From the IMG/VR virus record IMGVR_UViG_3300020416_001284, positions 6,796 through 70,795 of that record: a stretch of 64,000 nucleotides of DNA. One strand, written 5' to 3'. The notes below the pieces were generated by a model. The model made no database searches. It had not been told where the DNA came from and saw nothing but the letters and a program-made list of their open reading frames with translations. Source of the stretch: a virus. Numbering within the stretch: position 1 is the stretch's first letter; each line of letters begins with the position of its first letter. Position numbers and translations under genes: made by a program. Shown here piece by piece: positions 49,261-58,652 of the stretch.

Positions 49261-51867
49261 TTATACTTCTATTGGCTGTATATATGTAGTAGTATTCTCA
49301 ATGACCGTCATACCACCAGTACCATAAGAGGGTCGAGTATCTAACCCCGCTGCCATATCCTTGTCTTGACCACCACCCCCTAACCAATCTACGTATTCTT
49401 CTCCCATATCTCCTCCAGAAGAAGAACCACCACCACCGCCAGCGGCAGCTGCCATTGCACTCTCAGCAGTTCCTTTAGTGCCACCACCAGGTTTACCAGG
49501 GAAAAATGATTTCGCAATGGTAGGCATCAACAAAGGCATTCCCAAAGGAGTTAAGAATAAAAGATTAGGGATTTTAGTTAATTTACCACCCTCTACCCAA
49601 TTTTTGAGAACGGGTATATGTTGAGCAAAAAATCCTAAGAATTCTTGCACACCTGGAAGGCCTTCTAACATTCCTTTAAGAGAAAAACCTTTATTCAAAA
49701 CCTCCTTCCATGCCTTAGGAATGGGAAGGGGTCTCAACAAAAGTTTGGGAATTCCAGGTATTTTAGCATCTATTATTTGCTTATATATTGGAAGTTTACC
49801 CAGTATATCAGACAATATCTGACCTGGATTAATATCAGGAATAGGAACTGTTGGGAAATTCGCAATAAGATTGGTTACTCCTCTACCAAGCCAATCTTTT
49901 AGTGCTACCATTGCTCCACCTATTTTTTTGAAAGTCCAAGGCAATGCAGTCATCAACATCCATTTTGCAAACTTCAAAGGAAGTCCTGCTATTCCTCCTA
50001 TTAATTTAAATAATCCTCCACCAAATATGAAATCCACAAACAGTTTACCAACATTAGCAGCCCCTTTAATAATTTGCATCAACAAACCACCACCAAAAAG
50101 ATATTTGGCAAATTTTGCTATTCCCCCACCAACTGCTTTTAACAGACTTAATAATCCACCACCAAATATCCAATCCACCATTGCTTTACCAATCTTTCCT
50201 GCACCCGTAACCATTCCCTTTAAAGTTTCTCCTAATTGACTGGCTGCTGCACCCCATCCTTTTCCTAAGAAACCTTCATATAAGAAATCACCTATAAACA
50301 TACCAATTCCTTCACCTATTAACATCCCCACAACAGGAATAGGTATAAGATTACCTAAAATACCTCCCAATGCTGCACCTATTCCTTTAAAAGCAGCTCT
50401 ACCAATTCCTTCTCCTGATATAATAGAAATACCAGCAACAATCAAAGGACCTACAATAGGTATCTTTATTCCCTTAGCAACTTTTTTAAACACCTTTGCC
50501 ATTCCTTTAATATTTCCCATCATTCCCTTCATTCCTTTACCAATTTTACTGGCATGTTTACCGAGTACACCTCCTAGTTTGTCTACTTTTCCTGTTACTT
50601 TTGGTGCTAATTTTCCTAATCTATTAGCATTCTTACTCAGAAATTTTTGAACAACTGGTGCTTTCTTACTAATAAGACTACTAGTTTTCTTAAATGTACT
50701 TTTAAGAGCCTTATCAGGCCCTCCTTTTTTGATCCAATTTCCTACATTCTTTGGTCTTAATTTACCAGCAGTTTTACTAATATTCTTACTAAGACGACCA
50801 ACAGGAGACTTCCTAAATGCACTCTTTAAACCAGAAACTCTTTTTTTCTGTTGTTGAAGAAACTTAGCAGGTTTACTAGTCTTCCATTTTTTCTCTAAAC
50901 TCTTTTGCCACTTAGGTTGAGTGCTTTTAAATGCACTTGGATTCTTACGTGCAGCTCTTTTTACTCTCTTAAGTGCCTCACTTTGAGACATACCCTGTTT
51001 ACGGTATTGATCATATAATCTCTTTCCACTCTTACCAAACCTCTTATTAACACTTCTTTGAGTTTTAGTTAACTTAGTTTTGCCTGGTTTTCCTCCTTTT
51101 CCTCCTCCTGGTTTTTTACTGAATGCACCAGATCTTGCTGCAACCAATGCTGCAATCAGAGCACCATTAACTACTGTAGTAAATAACTTTCCAAACTTAT
51201 TGAATAATTCAACGGCTCCTTCTCCACCGATTGCTTTAAGTCCAGTTTTTAAAGCATCTATTCCCTTATATGCTAAATCAATTCCACCCACCACAAACTC
51301 AACAAATTTCTCAAACGCCGTAATTAGAAACTTGGCAATGGGTCTTATTATATTAAAAATTTTCTTTAATAATGGCATCAATGCCACTAATTTATTAAGT
51401 ATAACTCCAAAAGCTACCCATTGCAGCCAATTACCAATACCCAATCCTGGAATGGTGGGCATCTTCATTCCACTTTTAGATTCTTTAGGTTTTGCTTTCG
51501 GTTTCTCAATTTTCTCTTCTCTAGTTTTTCTCTTCTCTTCTTGTAATGCCTTTCTCTTATTAACTCTTTCTTTTTGTTTAGCACTCTGAGTATCTTTTAA
51601 TATATCTCTTACTTGTATTACTTGCTTCTTGATAATAACTACATCCGAATCTCCTGTAGTTTTACTTACAGGGGCAAGATCCTGTGCAGCAGGAACTAAC
51701 CCCATACTAGGTCTAACTGCTAATGCTCCACCCTTTTCTTCTTTTTTTACTAATTGACCTCCACGTTCTTTACCACCCCTATTCATCAATTTATCAGTAC
51801 TTACCTTTTTCTTTCTCCCCTTTAAAAGACTTCTACCTAGTCCTCTTGCTACCATTCCTAATACCAT
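49261..51867 (-). CDS. Tape-measure-like / baseplate hub protein (Lys-rich, amphipathic Gly-rich repeats)
   Basis: Long amphipathic helices, FGGGL repeats, hydrophobic GxxxG segments; position downstream of gp26/gp51. Confidence 0.5.
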   Translation of the reverse strand: MVLGMVARGLGRSLLKGRKKKVSTDKLMNRGGKERGGQLVKKEEKGGALAVRPSMGLVPAAQDLAPVSKTTGDSDVVIIKKQVIQVRDILKDTQSAKQKERVNKRKALQEEKRKTREEKIEKPKAKPKESKSGMKMPTIPGLGIGNWLQWVAFGVILNKLVALMPLLKKIFNIIRPIAKFLITAFEKFVEFVVGGIDLAYKGIDALKTGLKAIGGEGAVELFNKFGKLFTTVVNGALIAALVAARSGAFSKKPGGGKGGKPGKTKLTKTQRSVNKRFGKSGKRLYDQYRKQGMSQSEALKRVKRAARKNPSAFKSTQPKWQKSLEKKWKTSKPAKFLQQQKKRVSGLKSAFRKSPVGRLSKNISKTAGKLRPKNVGNWIKKGGPDKALKSTFKKTSSLISKKAPVVQKFLSKNANRLGKLAPKVTGKVDKLGGVLGKHASKIGKGMKGMMGNIKGMAKVFKKVAKGIKIPIVGPLIVAGISIISGEGIGRAAFKGIGAALGGILGNLIPIPVVGMLIGEGIGMFIGDFLYEGFLGKGWGAAASQLGETLKGMVTGAGKIGKAMVDWIFGGGLLSLLKAVGGGIAKFAKYLFGGGLLMQIIKGAANVGKLFVDFIFGGGLFKLIGGIAGLPLKFAKWMLMTALPWTFKKIGGAMVALKDWLGRGVTNLIANFPTVPIPDINPGQILSDILGKLPIYKQIIDAKIPGIPKLLLRPLPIPKAWKEVLNKGFSLKGMLEGLPGVQEFLGFFAQHIPVLKNWVEGGKLTKIPNLLFLTPLGMPLLMPTIAKSFFPGKPGGGTKGTAESAMAAAAGGGGGSSSGGDMGEEYVDWLGGGGQDKDMAAGLDTRPSYGTGGMTVIENTTTYIQPIEV

Positions 51868-51871
51868 CTTA

Positions 51872-54664
51872 TTATCCTCCCATCAAATCAGAAATACCCA
51901 AAGATGATATAACCATTGATCTTTGAGAAGATTGTATAGGAATTCTAAACTGAGGAACATCAGAATTACTTCTAGTCTGTGCTTGATCCTCTTTAGGAAT
52001 AGTAGGTAAAGTAATTGTTTTGTTCTCACCCTTTTGTACGTTGGGTTTTCCTGGTGCCATTTTTTCTGCCATTCTCTTAGCACCATCCAACATACTTCCA
52101 CGTTTATCAAAATCAGTCAACCCCATAGTCATATGATCAACAGCACCTAATGCCCATCTCTTCCATCCTTGAGGTTTATTTACTTCCCCTCCACCTTGTA
52201 AGTATTGAACCAATCCTCCTGTATAATAATGATTAGTTTTCATATTTCTATAATTATTAATTAACCCTCCATTATTAACCTCTACATTAGGTTCTTTGAA
52301 TTCAGGTTTATTAGTTCCTCCACCCATCGCATTCATAGATTCCATAGTATCAACACCATACTGCTGAACTGCAGGAGCTGAGACAACAAATTCACCAGGA
52401 GTTAACATTGCAGGAACTGTACCTTCCTTGTCACTTGAAGATTTAGAAGAAGGAGCACCAGCAGCTGCATTCATATTCTCTAAAGTATCAGTCCCATACT
52501 TATTAACTGCTCCTTTACTCATTACAAACTCACCAGGAGTTAGCATCGCAGGAACTGTATCCTTATTACCACTTCCAGGAACTTTTCCACCTGTATTAAA
52601 TCCTGTAACAGGTCCACCACCCTTCCAATGACCCATTTCTTTCAATTTTTCAGTGACTCTCTGAGGATTTAAGTGTTCCATATTACTCTCACGATCCATC
52701 TCCATTGCTGCATCTCTTTTTGCCATAGTTGCTTTTCCTGCATCACTCTTATTAAGAATAGGATAAAGAGTTTCTGGTTTAATACCTACCAGATTTCCCC
52801 TATCATCAGGATATTGTATGACATCCATAAAATTAATATTTTCATATCCAGGAACCTTACGTATCTGCTCAACCAATTGAGTCTGATGTTCTATTAAATC
52901 AGGCATCCCAATAGAACCACCAATATCAGTGTAAGTTTCTTCATCCTTTATTACTTCATCACCTTTTGTTATCACATGCTGTTGAAATTTTTCATCACGG
53001 AAAACAAACTGCTCTGGATATTTTTGACCCGTCCTATACCCAGTTTGGCCAAAATGAGATGTATCTCTACCTGCCCAATAATCTCCCTCTGGACTAACTG
53101 CTTCCCCACCTTTTTTAAAATGCTGAACTAAACCACCTTGATTATATTTCTGAATGAAAGTCCTAGCTACTCCACCTTCATTGTAATGATAAGTTCCACC
53201 ACCATCTTCTTCATAAGGAGAAATCGGAACCACTCCTCCACCACTCATCTCTACTTGATTACCAGTTTCTTGAATTTCCTCTTTAGGTATAACATCTTTT
53301 TGTGGTTTTTCTTTTTTCTTACCACCCCCACCAGCCATTTTGGCTATGCCCCAAATAGCAACACCTCCCAACACAGCAGCAGCTGCCCAAGGATTTGCAG
53401 CAATAGCCATCACTAACTTAGGAATAATAGCCGTTAAAAGACCCACTACCCCTTTCACTAATCCACCTAAAGGAGTAAGAAATAAAAGAGCAGCAGTGGT
53501 TAATGTAGGCCACCAATCCTTGAAAAACTTTCCAAGACTCTTTATCTTATCCTGATTCTTAGGATTACCAAACCATTTCATTATTTTATTTAAAAGCACT
53601 CCAATTACAACAGTCTTGACGAAATTCATTACAGTATCCCAGATACTACTAAATGGTTTCACCATTGCACTAATAGCTTTTCCAATTCCAGCAGCTGCTT
53701 TTCCTACTCCTTCTAACTTATCCTCTCTTTTACCTCTTTTCTTTCGTGCTGCTTCTTTCTGAGCATCCCTTGCTTCCTTTCTATCACCCTTAAAATCTAA
53801 ACGCAATACCTTTAATATATCATCAAGAACATCCCTTATTCCTTTCAAACCTTCTGTTTCTGCTTCTTTGTCATCTTTAGCTGCAGGAAGTTCTGCAGGT
53901 GGATCTACAGGTTTTGCTCCCCTAATAGAATCAGCTGAAATTTTAGATTTTTTAAATCTTATCTTCCTTTCTTCAGGACTCAAATATTCTCCTTCTTCAT
54001 CTTCACCCATCACTCGTGATCTAAAATCATCATCCAATACAGTTCCTTTCTTTAAATCTTCTGCACTAATCTTTTTCTTCTTTGCTACTGGTTTTTTCTT
54101 TGGTATCTTTCTTGCAGTAGGTTTCTTCCTTGGTTTTTTCTTTGATTTCTTTTTGGTGGCTGCAGCTTTATTTACTGCATCAAATTTTGATTCTGTTTCC
54201 TTAAATTCTTTCTCATCATCCGTCATTGGAACTGAAGCATTATATTCTGCTACTTCTTCTGGTGTGGCATGAGCAGCATCAAATTCTTCATCCTTTTCAC
54301 CACGTATATCATCTAAAACATCATCCAATCCTTCAGGTATCTCTTCTTCAGATGCTTTTTCTTCAGCTGTTTTTTCTTCTTTTATATCATCTACTACTTC
54401 CTTTATATTATCCTCCCCTATATCCTTTACTACTTCCTCTACCTTTTCCTTCGCTGCCTTCAATTCCTCAATCTTCTTCTCAAGTGCAAGAACACGAACC
54501 AAAGTTTTCCTTTGCATTCCAAAGGACTTGCTTAATGTCTTATGTAAATCAGCAATTTGAATAGGTAACTTTTTTTCAAGCTCTTCAACTCTACCCTCTA
54601 ACTTAAAATGAGGATCATGAGCACTCCTTAAAGATTGTATTAGATTTTGGTTTCCTTTAGGCAT
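51872..54664 (-). CDS. Tape-measure-like protein (gp29-like position)
   Basis: Coiled-coil N-terminus, hydrophobic segment, duplicated TVPAMLTPGEFV...AV..YG.DT.E.MNA motif common in tape measure proteins. Confidence 0.55.
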   Translation of the reverse strand: MPKGNQNLIQSLRSAHDPHFKLEGRVEELEKKLPIQIADLHKTLSKSFGMQRKTLVRVLALEKKIEELKAAKEKVEEVVKDIGEDNIKEVVDDIKEEKTAEEKASEEEIPEGLDDVLDDIRGEKDEEFDAAHATPEEVAEYNASVPMTDDEKEFKETESKFDAVNKAAATKKKSKKKPRKKPTARKIPKKKPVAKKKKISAEDLKKGTVLDDDFRSRVMGEDEEGEYLSPEERKIRFKKSKISADSIRGAKPVDPPAELPAAKDDKEAETEGLKGIRDVLDDILKVLRLDFKGDRKEARDAQKEAARKKRGKREDKLEGVGKAAAGIGKAISAMVKPFSSIWDTVMNFVKTVVIGVLLNKIMKWFGNPKNQDKIKSLGKFFKDWWPTLTTAALLFLTPLGGLVKGVVGLLTAIIPKLVMAIAANPWAAAAVLGGVAIWGIAKMAGGGGKKKEKPQKDVIPKEEIQETGNQVEMSGGGVVPISPYEEDGGGTYHYNEGGVARTFIQKYNQGGLVQHFKKGGEAVSPEGDYWAGRDTSHFGQTGYRTGQKYPEQFVFRDEKFQQHVITKGDEVIKDEETYTDIGGSIGMPDLIEHQTQLVEQIRKVPGYENINFMDVIQYPDDRGNLVGIKPETLYPILNKSDAGKATMAKRDAAMEMDRESNMEHLNPQRVTEKLKEMGHWKGGGPVTGFNTGGKVPGSGNKDTVPAMLTPGEFVMSKGAVNKYGTDTLENMNAAAGAPSSKSSSDKEGTVPAMLTPGEFVVSAPAVQQYGVDTMESMNAMGGGTNKPEFKEPNVEVNNGGLINNYRNMKTNHYYTGGLVQYLQGGGEVNKPQGWKRWALGAVDHMTMGLTDFDKRGSMLDGAKRMAEKMAPGKPNVQKGENKTITLPTIPKEDQAQTRSNSDVPQFRIPIQSSQRSMVISSLGISDLMGG
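52386..52558. repeat. Internal duplication encoding TVPAMLTPGEFV twice
   Basis: acaaa.tcaccaggagtta.cat.gcaggaactgt at 52386-52420 and 52524-52558. Confidence 0.8.
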
Positions 54665-54833
54665 TCGCTTGTTGCTGTTTGAGTTTCTCTTCCTCTAAGT
54701 GTGCTCTCAACATCTCAACATACACGTCCCTTTCCCAAGGAATCATGTTTTCAATCTCAGTTAATGAATATTTATGATACTGCATGAGAGAAAAATTAAG
54801 TTTAAAATAATTTTCCAGACTCATGTATATCAT
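54657..54833 (-). CDS. gp51: gp51-like baseplate hub assembly protein (58 aa; missing from the ORF track)
   Basis: Manual translation MIYMSLENYFKLNFSLMQYHKYSLTEIENMIPWERDVYVEMLRAHLEEEKLKQQQANA; lies in the -1 frame relative to gp26. Confidence 0.85.
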   Translation of the reverse strand: MIYMSLENYFKLNFSLMQYHKYSLTEIENMIPWERDVYVEMLRAHLEEEKLKQQQANA

Positions 54834-54835
54834 TC

Positions 54836-55555
54836 CTATCCGAAAAAACTTGAAAGTCCCTCCAATACAACTTCATTCTCTACTTTAGTCTTAGGATTCT
54901 TAAACTTGACTGTATGAGAAAGTTTAGGCATAGTCTCAAAGAAAGTTTCAATCTCTTTAAACTGAGAGGAATTCATTTGATCCAAGAAAGAAGTAATCTC
55001 CTTCTTAGTGCAATCAGCGGCTGCCCAAACCTCTTCTTCATTATAAATTTTATCTATACATGAAGCAATCAAATCAAAGGACTGATCCATATTTGCATCT
55101 TGCCCAAAATCAAAATTATTTTTAATAAACTCTGCAAGAGAAGGATACTTCATCTCCATCATCAAGTTAGAATCTAATTTAATTTGCTTGGTATGTTCAT
55201 CGTTCTTTACTACTTTGATGTCATCAATAAGAACCTTCACGGGAACATAAGTTTCATTGTCATCAGGGCAAAGAAGTTTAACTTCAAGATCTTCTCCGAC
55301 AGACTTACCCCGAATATTAAGGAACAAATACTCAATATCAAATGTAGGAAGAGTATCTACTTTAATTCCTTTTGTCTGAATACAAGACTTTATAACATTC
55401 TTGATAGCAGTCGTTATTTCTTTTACATCTTCTCCTTCTAAAGCTAAAACCAATAATTTCTCTTCTTTAACTAAAAAAGGTCTATATTGAATTGTTTGTC
55501 CAGTCGAAGGTAATTCCAACTCATACGTCGGGGTGGCAATCTTTGGTAAAGGCAT
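54836..55555 (-). CDS. gp26: gp26-like baseplate hub assembly protein
   Basis: MPLPKIATPTYELELPSTG...YRPFLVKEEKLL, FDIEYLFLNIRGKSVGE, ends GLSSFFG. Confidence 0.9.
   Translation of the reverse strand: MPLPKIATPTYELELPSTGQTIQYRPFLVKEEKLLVLALEGEDVKEITTAIKNVIKSCIQTKGIKVDTLPTFDIEYLFLNIRGKSVGEDLEVKLLCPDDNETYVPVKVLIDDIKVVKNDEHTKQIKLDSNLMMEMKYPSLAEFIKNNFDFGQDANMDQSFDLIASCIDKIYNEEEVWAAADCTKKEITSFLDQMNSSQFKEIETFFETMPKLSHTVKFKNPKTKVENEVVLEGLSSFFG
54842..54863 (-). promoter_or_regulatory. Candidate programmed -1 frameshift signal (GGAGG, 10 nt, T TTT TTC)
   Basis: mRNA GGAGGGA CTT TCA AGT TTT TTC GGA TAG; the -1 frame TTT TTT CGG ATA GGA ATG is open into gp51. Confidence 0.65.
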
Positions 55556-55583
55556 AATATCCTATAGAAATTTCAGTGTATTT

Positions 55584-55590
55584 TATTTAG
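55584..55590 (-). promoter_or_regulatory. Late promoter CTAAATA upstream of gp26
   Basis: Near-consensus in the intergenic gap. Confidence 0.5.
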
Positions 55591-55598
55591 CAGGTTTA

Positions 55599-56243
55599 CT
55601 AGAATACTGGATAAGGAGCTTGTTTAACTCTTGTTGCATTAGTAATATATCTACTAAAGTTAAAATTAACAGTACATTTTAATGTCTGTGCTGCTTCATA
55701 AGTAACAGGCATTGCATTAATACTGATAGGATATGCATTTAAAAACTCATATTCTAAAGAAGGTGACTTATAATCTCTCTCAAATTTCTTAATTTGAATT
55801 ATTGTTTGATACTGTCTTGGAAAGTTTACTCTATAAAAATAATTTGGATTAGCACTATCCTGTTCATTAACAATATATCCAATCCATGTTTCAAAAAACT
55901 GTATCTGCTTATAATCCCTATCAACTAAAAAAGTAAAAGATGCAGTGGTATCATATTGCCTTCTATGAACATGTCTCTCTGTTATTCCAGTATGATCATT
56001 AGTAAGTTCAGCAGTAGCTAAAGAAGTTCCAGGTAAAGAGGCCTCTATGCACGACAAAGTATAATCCAAATCAGACCTTGAATTAGGAATTAACCCATTA
56101 GTTGCATTTTGACCTGTTGGTCCTTCTATTCCTCCAGCAATAGCAGATGGGGGATTAAACCAACATTCATAATGTGTAGTTAACGCAGTATTTAAAATAG
56201 AAGATTTTAACCTCTCTACTGCGGTTGGTTGAGGGGTACGCAT
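55599..56243 (-). CDS. Tail tube initiator / tube-fold protein (gp54/gp19-like)
   Basis: C.EASLPG.S, FTFLVD, FFETW, Y.F.NAYPISI..MPV.Y, CTVNF.FSRY. Confidence 0.7.
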   Translation of the reverse strand: MRTPQPTAVERLKSSILNTALTTHYECWFNPPSAIAGGIEGPTGQNATNGLIPNSRSDLDYTLSCIEASLPGTSLATAELTNDHTGITERHVHRRQYDTTASFTFLVDRDYKQIQFFETWIGYIVNEQDSANPNYFYRVNFPRQYQTIIQIKKFERDYKSPSLEYEFLNAYPISINAMPVTYEAAQTLKCTVNFNFSRYITNATRVKQAPYPVF

Positions 56244-56252
56244 TATAGACCC

Positions 56253-56259
56253 ATAAATA
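56253..56259 (+). promoter_or_regulatory. Late promoter ATAAATA upstream of gp4
   Basis: Consensus ~33 nt before the ATG at 56292. Confidence 0.55.
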
Positions 56260-56291
56260 TTACTACTTGATATATTATGTAGTCAAGATAA

Positions 56292-56744
56292 ATGGGAGAA
56301 AGTAAAAAAAGTTTATTTAAACCCATATTTCCCAAAAAATACAAGGGAAATCCAAATAATATTATATGCCGTAGTACTTGGGAAACCAAATTCTGCAACT
56401 ATTGTGATCTAAATGAAAATATTCTTGAGTGGGGAAGTGAAGAATTCTATATTAAATATGTCTCTCCTCTTGATAATCGGTTTCATAAGTATTATCCAGA
56501 CTTTATTATTAAGGTCAAGGAAAGTACAGGTCAAATTAAAACTTATGTGATTGAGGTAAAACCCAAAAAGCAAACTCGACCTCCTAAAAAGAAAAAGAAA
56601 GTGACTCAATCATATCTCTATGAATGTAAAACCTATGCTGTTAACACGGCTAAATGGGCAGCAGCCAGAGAGTTCTGTAATGATAGAAAAATTGAATTCA
56701 AAATCATTACCGAACAAGAACTAGGAATATATCATGGTAGATAG
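56292..56744 (+). CDS. gp4: Head completion nuclease gp4
   Basis: PKKYKGNPNNIICRSTWE, WGSEE, YYPDF, IEVKP, N.AKW.AA, FKIITE. Confidence 0.9.
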   Translation: MGESKKSLFKPIFPKKYKGNPNNIICRSTWETKFCNYCDLNENILEWGSEEFYIKYVSPLDNRFHKYYPDFIIKVKESTGQIKTYVIEVKPKKQTRPPKKKKKVTQSYLYECKTYAVNTAKWAAAREFCNDRKIEFKIITEQELGIYHGR

Positions 56745-57156
56745 TTTTCTTCCTGAAGAGAATCCTTTTAATGAGGAGTATTTTGAACAATATTCCCAAC
56801 AAGTAGGTGATAATAGAATTGCACCTATCAAAGAAGAATTGAAGGAGATGAGTGATCCTGAAGAGATGATGCTTCTTATCATGGATACCTTAAAAGATGT
56901 AGAAGTAGTGCCTGACGTAGGACAATATTATACATTCATTTACACTGCCAAAACTCGCAGAATGCAATATGATCAACATCCCCTTGTCGCAGTAACTGAT
57001 ATACAAAGATGGGGATTTAGAGGTATCAATTATCACTGGGGTAAATTCAGAAACTATACATGGGAAGAGATCGGAGGAGTCCTCTATGTGGTTCGACCCA
57101 GTGAAATAAATGACCTACGTGACATATCTTATGCTTATTTCTTAACAACACTATAA
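56734..57156 (+). CDS. gp2: DNA end protector gp2-like
   Basis: G.YYTFIY.AKT...YDQHPLV, GFRGINYHW; adjacent to gp4. Confidence 0.7.
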   Translation: MVDSFLPEENPFNEEYFEQYSQQVGDNRIAPIKEELKEMSDPEEMMLLIMDTLKDVEVVPDVGQYYTFIYTAKTRRMQYDQHPLVAVTDIQRWGFRGINYHWGKFRNYTWEEIGGVLYVVRPSEINDLRDISYAYFLTTL

Positions 57157-57168
57157 ATAACTAAAAAA
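57152..57168 (+). promoter_or_regulatory. T4 late promoter TATAAATA with extended ACTAAAAAA
   Basis: Perfect consensus before the ATG at 57176. Confidence 0.75.
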
Positions 57169-57175
57169 TAATTTA

Positions 57176-58651
57176 ATGTCTCAATATAAGGGCAACGATA
57201 CCAGTTTCAAACCCAATTATGCCGTGGCGGGAGAAACTAAAACTCCTATTAATGTGGTAGCCACATCAATGGAGATTGGTGGGGAGGTTGTTGAAGGATA
57301 TCAATCTACATATGCAAATGGTACATCTAAATGGACAGCAGCAGTTCATCAAGATCAAGTATGGGATACAACGAACGTAGATAGATCAACATTTACAGGA
57401 ACTTATAATCAAAGTACAGGAAAATGGACATGGGAACCAACAACTACAAATAGTATTAAAAATTTAGCTAATGACTGGAAAGGAACTGGAGTTGATTATG
57501 AAAGAATATCGCAAGCAGAAATAGAACAGGCTTTTTATAATAACAAAAGTAATAACCTTCAACAAAAATTATCTACAGAACAAGCAAATGCATTAATAGA
57601 AGAATATGGTTCAGAAAATTTAGCAACAGTTAATAATGGTAGGTTTGCAGGTTTACCAGGAATACAAGGAACGGCTTCAGGAACTTCAAACACCACTGAA
57701 GATTTCAGCGTCAGTGAAATCAACCAGTCTAATGTGGCTAATATAAAAGCACCAAAAACAAGAAAAAAATATGGAGATTATTTCTATCCTGCGGATCTAT
57801 CATCAAATAAACAGGATAGAATTAGATTCACAATGAAGCAAAGTACAGGGCAAGTAATAGATCCTTCAATTAAAGAAAATGTATCAGTTAGACAAAGAAA
57901 ATCTGGTGGCATAGAAGGATCCGTAACTCTACCCATTCAATCTGGTATTAAAGATCTAAACTCTGTGTCATGGCAAGGATCTACTATGAATCCTCTCCAA
58001 GCCTTTGGTGCTGCCAAAGCTTTGAATATAATCGATGCTGCAGGAACGGAAGGTAAAAGTGTAGTAGATGAAGCAGGAAATGCATTAAAGAGTGGGGGAG
58101 ACATGCTCAAAGACCCAGAGGTAATGAAGGGAGTCAATGCAATGATTGCAGGTAAAGCAGCACAAACCCAAAATTTATTATCAAGGTCAACAGGTGCTAT
58201 TGCTAACCCAAATATGGAATTGCTTTTTGATGCTCCTGCTCTAAGAGCATTTGATTTTACATTTACAATGTCTCCAAGAGATGGTGATGAAGCACAACAA
58301 ATAAGAAATATTATTAATTTCTTTAAACAAGGGATGTCAGTAAAAACCACCTCTACTAATATATTTCTGAAAGCACCTAATTATTTTGAAATTGATTATA
58401 CGACTTATGATGACCAAGGACAAGCACAGAAACATCCTTCTCTTAATATAATTAAAACCTGTGCATTATTATCATGTTCAGTTGACTATACGCCAAATAA
58501 CACTTACATGACATATAGTGATCCTCAACGAAGTATGGTTCAATATACAATGAATCTACAATTTAATGAACTTGATCCAATATATGAACTGGATTATTAT
58601 GATACTCTTGGTATGCAAGACGGCACAAACAAACAATTAATAGGTTATTAA
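57176..58651 (+). CDS. gp48: Baseplate tail-tube cap gp48
   Basis: YP.DL...QD.I.F, V.LPIQ..I.D.N.VSW, NPNMELLF..P.LR.F.FTF.MSPR, FFKQGM, F.EL.PIY. Confidence 0.85.
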   Translation: MSQYKGNDTSFKPNYAVAGETKTPINVVATSMEIGGEVVEGYQSTYANGTSKWTAAVHQDQVWDTTNVDRSTFTGTYNQSTGKWTWEPTTTNSIKNLANDWKGTGVDYERISQAEIEQAFYNNKSNNLQQKLSTEQANALIEEYGSENLATVNNGRFAGLPGIQGTASGTSNTTEDFSVSEINQSNVANIKAPKTRKKYGDYFYPADLSSNKQDRIRFTMKQSTGQVIDPSIKENVSVRQRKSGGIEGSVTLPIQSGIKDLNSVSWQGSTMNPLQAFGAAKALNIIDAAGTEGKSVVDEAGNALKSGGDMLKDPEVMKGVNAMIAGKAAQTQNLLSRSTGAIANPNMELLFDAPALRAFDFTFTMSPRDGDEAQQIRNIINFFKQGMSVKTTSTNIFLKAPNYFEIDYTTYDDQGQAQKHPSLNIIKTCALLSCSVDYTPNNTYMTYSDPQRSMVQYTMNLQFNELDPIYELDYYDTLGMQDGTNKQLIGY

Positions 58652-58652
58652 A

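Noticed and set aside
477-54564. Many plus-strand ORFs of 60-170 aa in the track (e.g. 477, 2753, 8150, 29303, 49871, 51080, 53868)
   Set aside because: They are antisense shadows of long minus-strand genes with biased codon use, and show no recognisable motifs.
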